Assembly: GCA_043827405.1 (NCBI GenBank)
Contig: JBDRPD010000073.1
Span: 1-21,956 of the forward strand
Direction: 5' to 3'
DNA length: 21,956 bases
Source of the DNA: Elusimicrobiota bacterium
Lineage (GTDB): Bacteria; Elusimicrobiota; Elusimicrobia; UBA1565
Positions 16,428 through 21,956 of the stretch are shown one piece after another (the stretch's first letter is position 1; every line of letters begins with the position of its first letter). The position numbers and the translations under genes were made by a program. Under the pieces are notes generated by a model. That model worked only from the letters and a program-made list of their open reading frames with translations, was not told the DNA's origin and searched no databases.

Positions 16428-17356
16428 ATACGGCGCTCAAGATCGATGAGCTGACGGTCCGCTATGCGGTCGATGCGGGCGAGACGGTCGCGGTTGATCG
16501 CCTTAATCTCGAGGTGCGTGAAGGCGAGCTCTTCGCGCTGCTGGGCCCCAACGGGGCGGGGAAGACCTCGGTCATCTCGGCGATTACCGGCATCATCACT
16601 CATCAGACCGGCCGCATTCAGATATTCGGCCATGCGGCGGCGACGCCGACGACCAAGCGCCTGGTGGGGCTGGTGCCGCAGGAATTGGTGGGCTACGGAT
16701 TTTTCAACGTCAACGAAGTGCTGCAGTTTACCTCGGGCTATTTCGGCCTGCGCGACAATCAGCGCCGGATCGACGAGCTGCTCGACCGCCTGCAGCTGAC
16801 GTCCGAGCGCGGCAAGCTGATCTCCCAGCTCAGCGGCGGCATGAAGCGCCGCATGCTGATCGCCCGGGCCCTGGTGCACTCGCCCAGGATCCTGCTGCTG
16901 GACGAGCCCTCGGCCGGGGTGGACGTGGAGCTGCGCGCCATTCTGCTGGATTTTATCACCGAGCTCAATAAAGGCGGGACGACCATCATCCTGACCACGC
17001 ACTACCTGGAAGAGGCCCAGCGCCTGTGCAAGCGCGCGGCGATTATGAACGAGGGGAAGCTGCTGGCGCTCGATGAGACCGGGGCGATGATCGCCGAGAT
17101 GTCGGAGCGGATTTTAACGGTGACTTTGCGCTCGGCGCTGCCGGGGCCGGCCCCCCAGGCGCACCCGGACCAGGGGCTGCTGGAAGTTTCCCGCGAAGAC
17201 CGGGTAGTGCGGGCGACGGTAACGGGGACCACCGGCCTGCAGACGGCGCTGCGCCTGCTCGATATCCCGTTATCGAATATTCAGGACTTGCAGACCGAGG
17301 AGGGGGACTTGGAACATGCCTTCCTCCGCCTGCTCAAGAAGGAGCGGGCGAGATGA
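16424..17356 (+). CDS. ABC-2 type transporter ATP-binding protein (YadG-like)
   Basis: Walker A GPNGAGKT, VPQE, signature LSGGMKRR, Walker B LLLDEP, TTHYLEEA; GTGA overlap with gshB. Confidence 0.93.
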   Translation: MNTALKIDELTVRYAVDAGETVAVDRLNLEVREGELFALLGPNGAGKTSVISAITGIITHQTGRIQIFGHAAATPTTKRLVGLVPQELVGYGFFNVNEVLQFTSGYFGLRDNQRRIDELLDRLQLTSERGKLISQLSGGMKRRMLIARALVHSPRILLLDEPSAGVDVELRAILLDFITELNKGGTTIILTTHYLEEAQRLCKRAAIMNEGKLLALDETGAMIAEMSERILTVTLRSALPGPAPQAHPDQGLLEVSREDRVVRATVTGTTGLQTALRLLDIPLSNIQDLQTEEGDLEHAFLRLLKKERAR

Positions 17357-18144
17357 TCTACTGGGAGAATCCGGTGGGCTTTCGCTCCTTGGTGCGCAAG
17401 GAGATCATGCGCCTGATGAAGGTTTTTACCCAGACCATAGTCAGCCCGCTGATCAGCGCCGGGCTCTATATGCTGGTTTTCGGGGTGAGCCTGTCGAGCC
17501 TGCTGCGCAACCAGCAGGGCTTTACCTATTTGGAATTTCTGGTGCCGGGACTGATCGCGCTGTCGTCGCTCAATAATGCGCTGCAGAACGCCGCCAGCTC
17601 GATCATGATCAGCAAGTTTCACGGCGATCTGCAGGACCTGCGGCTGATCCCCTTGTCGCCCGGCTCCATTTCGATCGCCTACGTGCTGGCCTGCGTGTTC
17701 CGGGGGGGGATCGTCGGGTTTCTGGTTTTGGCCTTGGGACAGGCGGTCTTCTTTCTGCAGACGGGAAACTGGATCGGGGTGGCGCATCCGTTGGGGCTGG
17801 TTGTCTTTTTGGTTCTGGGCTGCTCCATCTTCGGCAATCTGGGCATCTGCTCGGGCTTCCTGGCCAAGAGCTTCGACCATATCAACGCCTTCGCCAATTT
17901 CGTGATCCTGCCGCTGATCTATCTGGGCGGGGTGTTTTTCTCGCTGGATATCCTGCATCCGTTGTTCCGTTCGGTCGCGCACTTTAATCCTCTCGTTTAC
18001 CTGATCAACGGCATCCGCTGGAGCGTGCTCGGGGCCGGGGATATCCCGGTGCGGACCTGCCTGGCGTCGGCGCTGGCATTTACCGCGGTGAGCTTCGGGG
18101 CGGCATGGGTGAGCGTGGCGAAGGGCTCGTATCAGCGGTTTTAG
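17353..18144 (+). CDS. ABC-2 type transporter permease (YadH-like)
   Basis: KEIMR...QTIVSPLI, YLEFLVPGL, PLIYLGGVFFS, NPLVYLINGIRW; about 6 TM; ATGA overlap with the ATPase gene. Confidence 0.92.
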   Translation: MIYWENPVGFRSLVRKEIMRLMKVFTQTIVSPLISAGLYMLVFGVSLSSLLRNQQGFTYLEFLVPGLIALSSLNNALQNAASSIMISKFHGDLQDLRLIPLSPGSISIAYVLACVFRGGIVGFLVLALGQAVFFLQTGNWIGVAHPLGLVVFLVLGCSIFGNLGICSGFLAKSFDHINAFANFVILPLIYLGGVFFSLDILHPLFRSVAHFNPLVYLINGIRWSVLGAGDIPVRTCLASALAFTAVSFGAAWVSVAKGSYQRF

Positions 18145-18167
18145 AGAACCGGCGGCGCTCCGGAGTC

Positions 18168-18197
18168 TTGACGGTCCGGCCCCCGCGGTAATACACT
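18168..18197 (+). promoter_or_regulatory. Putative sigma70 promoter TTGACG-N18-TACACT for the 443-aa gene
   Basis: TTGACG at 18168-18173 and TACACT at 18192-18197, 13 nt before ATG 18211. Confidence 0.55.
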
Positions 18198-18210
18198 ACC
18201 GGCAGCCCTC

Positions 18211-19542
18211 ATGACCCCGCAGGAGTACTACGCCCAGGTCTACGCGAAGCTCGAGGAGAGCTTCCGGCAGTTCCATTACGTGGTGGCGGCCGGCCGCGAC
18301 CTGCTGGCCGACGGCTGGGACCCCGGCTTTCTGGTCGCGGTTGAGCCCGTGGACCAGCTGGGAAAATTCACGCGCGAAAAGGGGATGCAGGTGCACCTGC
18401 CGGTGGTCGGCGAAAGGAGCTGTTCCGTGCTCATGCCCATGGACTTCGAGATTTTCCTCCTGGGGGAAAACCATGCGCTCTACACGGACCAGGAGTCGCA
18501 GCGGCACTGGTTCAAGCAGATGGCGGGAGTTTTCCGCTTCGTGGAACGTTTTTTTAGAAGGCGGGGGGTCCCCTATTTGCTGGACTACACCCCTTCCGGC
18601 GCCCACCTTCTGTGGCATAACCCGATTGGGGAAAGCACCGCCGACGCTCTGGAAAGCATCGGCTGCCTGGAGCCGGATCTTATCGCGGCCTGCCGCTACG
18701 TCGACGAAGCCGACATCAAGCGGCGCTGGGGAGTAACGCTTGAAGCGGCCCGGGTGTTCAGCGGGCTCACCAAGCTGGCGGAGTACCTGTCGCTGATAAC
18801 GATCGAGGCTTTCAAGGACAACGAGGCGCGCGGGGAGCTTCCGGTCACTATCTCCGACAGCGTCGACCGCTGCATCAACTTCGACAACTCCTGGTGCGAG
18901 GGCTCGCCGTTTATGCGGTCGATCCGCAGTCCTTTCAGCCTGCATAAGAAGAACCACGACAAGTACCATATGTTTCATCATCCGCCCCTGGTCGACGTGG
19001 TCGGCGCCCGCTTCAACGGCCTCGAGGCCGTTGAGGAGCCCGACATGGACCGCATCGTCGACTGCATGTGGGACTTGGACCGGGCCGCCGAGCACGCCCG
19101 GGGTTTTTCCGGGATCATCCCCGCTGCCAACGACGGGACGGCCGCGCTGGTGGGCGAATATATGCGCAGCGAGCTGTTCTGCTTTCATGAGGAGTTCGAC
19201 AAGACGGACGATAAGCCGCGCGGGCAGGCGCTCGCCGAGGCACAGCGGGACGGCCGCCTCACCGACTTCGCGCGGCAGTTCCTGGCGTGCCCCAACCCCA
19301 TGGCCCTCCAGCCCAAGAACATGCTGGGCTTCGTCTATGATCTCCTCGTCTACGCCGGCTGGAAGCCCAAGCACATCGCGAACGTGCTGCGCGACTTATA
19401 CATCGATCCCCGCCACGGCTGGACCATCGACTTCTTCAAATATCCGGCCGAGGAGAAGGCGAACTTCTGGGTCCGGACTTTCAGCTCGCTGGCGCTGTGG
19501 CGGACGGGAAAGCTCCGCGTTCCGGCGGAGCCCGCCGAATAG
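18211..19542 (+). CDS. Hypothetical protein, predicted archaeo-eukaryotic primase (AEP/PrimPol) superfamily catalytic domain + helical C-terminal domain
   Basis: In order: LMPMDFE (D78/E80), YTPSGAHLLW (H132), INFD (D225), RSIRSPFSLH (236-245). The ORF is confident; the family assignment rests on motifs only. Confidence 0.6.
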   Translation: MTPQEYYAQVYAKLEESFRQFHYVVAAGRDLLADGWDPGFLVAVEPVDQLGKFTREKGMQVHLPVVGERSCSVLMPMDFEIFLLGENHALYTDQESQRHWFKQMAGVFRFVERFFRRRGVPYLLDYTPSGAHLLWHNPIGESTADALESIGCLEPDLIAACRYVDEADIKRRWGVTLEAARVFSGLTKLAEYLSLITIEAFKDNEARGELPVTISDSVDRCINFDNSWCEGSPFMRSIRSPFSLHKKNHDKYHMFHHPPLVDVVGARFNGLEAVEEPDMDRIVDCMWDLDRAAEHARGFSGIIPAANDGTAALVGEYMRSELFCFHEEFDKTDDKPRGQALAEAQRDGRLTDFARQFLACPNPMALQPKNMLGFVYDLLVYAGWKPKHIANVLRDLYIDPRHGWTIDFFKYPAEEKANFWVRTFSSLALWRTGKLRVPAEPAE

Positions 19543-19622
19543 CGCCGCCGCCGCGGATTTTTCCGGGAACCTTTCTCCCGCTTGCGCGTAGTCCTATACG
19601 AATCCGCCGGACGGAGGAGTGC

Positions 19623-20330
19623 ATGACGCCGACTCTATTGTCGCTATTGTTTGTTTTGTCCGTGCCGCCCGGCGCGGAGGCTCGGGCGCAAGGCCGCGAA
19701 ATCGACAGCATGCTGGTCGAAGGCAGCGACCGGGCCGCCCTGTTCGGCCGCCCGAACGCCGCGCCCGCCGTCAAGCTTCCGCCGAGCTACGGCCAGGTGA
19801 TCGCGATCGGGAAATCGGGGCGCCTGACGGTGCGCCGCAAGGACGGGAAGAGCGAAACCCTGAAGCTGTCGCGAGCGACCCGGCTGACGCAGGGCGGCGA
19901 GTTTGCGGCGGTCAAGCAGGCGGCGCTGCAGAAAGGGCAGTGGATTAATTACGCGCATAAAAACGGCAGCGCCCTGCACGTGCATATCAATGCAGCGCCG
20001 GAGAAAGCGAAAGACAAGCCGTCCGCGCCTGTCGAGGCAGTAGAACCGGCCGAGGATTCCGCCGAGGAGTCAGCGGCGGAGCCGGCCGAGGAACCCGCGG
20101 AAGAACCGGCGGTAGAGCCCGCGGAAGAACCGGCCGAGGAACCGGCGGCGGAGCCCGCCGAGGAACCGGCGGTAGAGCCGGCCGAGGAGCCCGCGGTAGA
20201 ACCGGCCGAGGAGCCGGCGGCGGAGCCCGCTGAGGAGCCGGCGGCTGAGCCCGCCGAGGAGCCAACGGCGGAGCCCGCCGAGGAGCCCGCCGAAGAGCCG
20301 GCGGAAGAGACGAGCTCGGACTGGGAATAG
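19623..20330 (+). CDS. Secreted protein with a small beta (OB/DUF5666-like) domain and an acidic PAEE-repeat tail
   Basis: GGAGGAG SD before ATG 19623; signal peptide; beta-rich domain (YGQVIAI...LTVRRKDG...LQKGQWI...LHVHI); repeat tail. Confidence 0.75.
   Translation: MTPTLLSLLFVLSVPPGAEARAQGREIDSMLVEGSDRAALFGRPNAAPAVKLPPSYGQVIAIGKSGRLTVRRKDGKSETLKLSRATRLTQGGEFAAVKQAALQKGQWINYAHKNGSALHVHINAAPEKAKDKPSAPVEAVEPAEDSAEESAAEPAEEPAEEPAVEPAEEPAEEPAAEPAEEPAVEPAEEPAVEPAEEPAAEPAEEPAAEPAEEPTAEPAEEPAEEPAEETSSDWE
20043..20310 (+). repeat. Coding 12-bp tandem repeat, ~20 units of E-P-A-[E/A/V]
   Basis: Units such as gagcccgccgag, gaaccggcggta and gagccggcggcg. Confidence 0.9.
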
Positions 20331-20352
20331 AGTTCCCTATTCTTCCGGCTGA

Positions 20353-20365
20353 AGGAATCTGCTTG
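20353..20365. repeat. 13-bp direct repeat, copy 1 (AGGAATCTGCTTG)
   Basis: Identical to 21753-21765. Confidence 0.75.
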
Positions 20366-20440
20366 CGGGAAACGGCGGTGGCGGTGAGACCAAGTAATAT
20401 GGGGATTATCAATATGTCTTGGGCTTCCCGGTCGTCGGAC

Positions 20441-21676
20441 TTAGATCTCGCGTCCCAGCCAATGGAAATAATCCTCCATCGAGAGGACCTCGGCGTCCTC
20501 GGCGAGGGAGACGGTTTTATCGCTTAGAGACAGGATACGCCCCTTCCCGATGTCGAGGCGCGCGAAGAGTTTCCTGAACCGCCCGATGCCGGCGGCCATG
20601 GAAAGCCGGGGGGTCTTGGACAGCTTGATCTCCAGCGGATAGAGTTTCCTGTTTCCGGCTTCTATCAGCAGGTCCACTTCAATGCCGTTGTGGGTGCGCA
20701 GATAGAATAACTCGGGACTCTTTCCCTCGTTGAGGAAGATCTTAAGCGTCTCCTGTATCCAGAAATTTTCGAACAAGGCCCCCGCCATCGGTCCGCTGAA
20801 CAAATGCTCCCTGCTGCGCACTCCGGTCAAATAGCAGACAAGGCCGCAATCCACAAAGTAGACCTTGGGCGCTTTCGTCACTCTTTTCCCGAGATTATTG
20901 TAGTAAGGAGGCAGCAAATACACGATCCTGCTCGCTTCCAGGATCGATATCCAGCGCTTGATCGTGTTGGCCCCGACTCCCAGGTCTTTGGAGAGCGACG
21001 CCGTGTTGAGCACCTGGGAGCAGCGGGCCGCCAGCAGCTTGACGAATAACTGGAAATCCCTCAAGTTGCCGATATTATGCAGGGTCCGTACGTCTCGCTC
21101 CAGGTAAGTCCGAAGATAGGCGCCGTACCACGCTTGGACGTCGATGTTTCCGTCAACGCTCGTCTCCGGGAACGAGCCCCGCAGGCACGCATGGGTAAAG
21201 CATCCGCCCGTGTCGGTCAGCGCCGATCGGATGCGTTTGACTTTTCTCTTCTCCCCGACGCCGAACGGCATCAGCTCGAGCAGGGCGATCCGGCCCGCCA
21301 GGGAATCTCCCAGGTCCTTGATCAAGGCGAACTGTTGGGACCCGGTCAAGAGGAAGCGCCCCTTCTCGCTTCGCCGGCTGTCGATCGCCATCTTCAGATA
21401 GGAGAGCAGATGCGGAGCGTACTGTATCTCGTCCAATATGATTCTTTCGCCCGCTTCTTCAAGCAGAAGCCTGGGATCGGAAAGAGCCTTTTCTCGGACC
21501 AGAGGGTCGTCGAAAGTGACGTACGTATGGGTCTTGGAAAAAACCTTCCGCAGGAGCGTGGATTTTCCACTCTGTCGGGGGCCGGTCAGGGCTACGGCCG
21601 GGAATTGCTTCGCCAAGCCGGAAAGGGTCTTCTCAATGCTTCTCGGGATGTAAACCGGCCGCTTCTTGGGCGCCAT
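20441..21676 (-). CDS. AAA_14 + DUF4143 ATP-binding protein (COG1373-like)
   Basis: YIPR, Walker A GPRQSGKST, ILDEIQ, LLTGSQ, SLAGR, RGSFPE, TYLERDVR, KAPKVYFVDCGL, GALFEN, YLRTHNGIEVDLL, PLEIK. Confidence 0.92.
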   Translation of the reverse strand: MAPKKRPVYIPRSIEKTLSGLAKQFPAVALTGPRQSGKSTLLRKVFSKTHTYVTFDDPLVREKALSDPRLLLEEAGERIILDEIQYAPHLLSYLKMAIDSRRSEKGRFLLTGSQQFALIKDLGDSLAGRIALLELMPFGVGEKRKVKRIRSALTDTGGCFTHACLRGSFPETSVDGNIDVQAWYGAYLRTYLERDVRTLHNIGNLRDFQLFVKLLAARCSQVLNTASLSKDLGVGANTIKRWISILEASRIVYLLPPYYNNLGKRVTKAPKVYFVDCGLVCYLTGVRSREHLFSGPMAGALFENFWIQETLKIFLNEGKSPELFYLRTHNGIEVDLLIEAGNRKLYPLEIKLSKTPRLSMAAGIGRFRKLFARLDIGKGRILSLSDKTVSLAEDAEVLSMEDYFHWLGREI

Positions 21677-21684
21677 GACGGCAT

Positions 21685-21713
21685 ATTATAGCCCGCAAGG
21701 GGAAATATAACAA
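21685..21713 (-). promoter_or_regulatory. Putative sigma70 promoter TTGTTA-N17-TATAAT, 8 nt upstream of the AAA ATPase ATG
   Basis: Forward ATTATA at 21685-21690 and TAACAA at 21708-21713. Confidence 0.65.
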
Positions 21714-21716
21714 GAC

Positions 21717-21741
21717 AAATCTGCCATGGCATGGCAGATTT
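21717..21741. repeat. Perfect 11-bp inverted repeat AAATCTGCCAT-GGC-ATGGCAGATTT (operator or terminator)
   Basis: Read directly; lies between the caspase-like stop and the AAA promoter -35. Confidence 0.7.
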
Positions 21742-21752
21742 TCATGGCCGAT

Positions 21753-21765
21753 AGGAATCTGCTTG
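21753..21765. repeat. 13-bp direct repeat, copy 2 (AGGAATCTGCTTG)
   Basis: Identical to 20353-20365; 1 nt past the stop codon of the caspase-like gene. Confidence 0.75.
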
Positions 21766-21766
21766 G

Positions 21767-21956
21767 CTAGGGCTGCTTCAGCCGGTACAAGGGGATATCC
21801 GTTCCGAAGCCGATAATGACCGGGGTTTGACTGCGTCCCATATCCCGAGAGAGGCGAGCGGTCGTCTTTTTAGAGAAGGCTCCTAGTTCGACCAGGCCCA
21901 CCATCTGGTCTCCATCCAGGTCGGCGTCCCGATTGTCGCTGAGGCCCTTGAGCAGC
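21767..21956 (-). CDS. 3' end of a probable caspase-family (peptidase C14) protein (partial)
   Basis: Hand translation: LLKGLSDNRDADLDGDQMVGLVELGAFSKKTTARLSRDMGRSQTPVIIGFGTDIPLYRLKQP*. This matches the LLxGL..AD.D.D..V...EL...QTP...D.PL C-terminus of bacterial caspase-like domains. The catalytic dyad is outside the window. Confidence 0.65.
   Translation of the reverse strand, partial: LLKGLSDNRDADLDGDQMVGLVELGAFSKKTTARLSRDMGRSQTPVIIGFGTDIPLYRLKQP

Noticed and set aside
18549..18568. Poly-T and poly-G runs in the AEP-like gene as phase-variation sites
   Set aside because: The runs are short and the frame is intact; no evidence of slippage.
20043..20310. Possible CRISPR array
   Set aside because: 12-bp degenerate tandem units with synonymous variation and no unique spacers; this is a coding repeat.
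20441..21956. Caspase + ATPase as a dedicated defence operon
   Set aside because: The ATPase has its own promoter and looks separately inserted; only 62 codons of the caspase-like gene are visible, so linkage cannot be supported.

Overview
High-GC bacterial chromosomal window, densely coding, with no rRNA, tRNA, CRISPR array or transposase that I can see. The gene style (secreted orphans, membrane Ser/Thr kinase, TPR proteins) resembles Elusimicrobiota, but that is a low-confidence impression. Recognisable genes are pcm (partial, with a lipoprotein-like signal), a FIST/class III cyclase fusion with degenerate catalytic residues, a Spy/CpxP-like protein, a carboxylesterase, a COG2509-type FAD dehydrogenase, msrA, a membrane Hanks-type kinase, a GT-C/ArnT-like glycosyltransferase coupled to a Cys-paired TPR protein, a ChaN-like protein, a translationally coupled gshA-gshB-ABC exporter operon, an AAA_14/DUF4143 ATPase and the 3' end of a caspase-like (peptidase C14) gene. 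Five observations stand out. (1) A stand-alone 443-aa hypothetical carries all the archaeo-eukaryotic primase/PrimPol motifs. (2) An unannotated 34-aa ORF and a hairpin sit directly upstream of gshA-gshB-ABC. (3) -10 hexamers lie 5-8 nt upstream of start codons throughout the window, suggesting leaderless transcription. (4) A 13-bp direct repeat brackets the AAA ATPase cassette. (5) A secreted protein is built from about seven 20-aa beta repeats.
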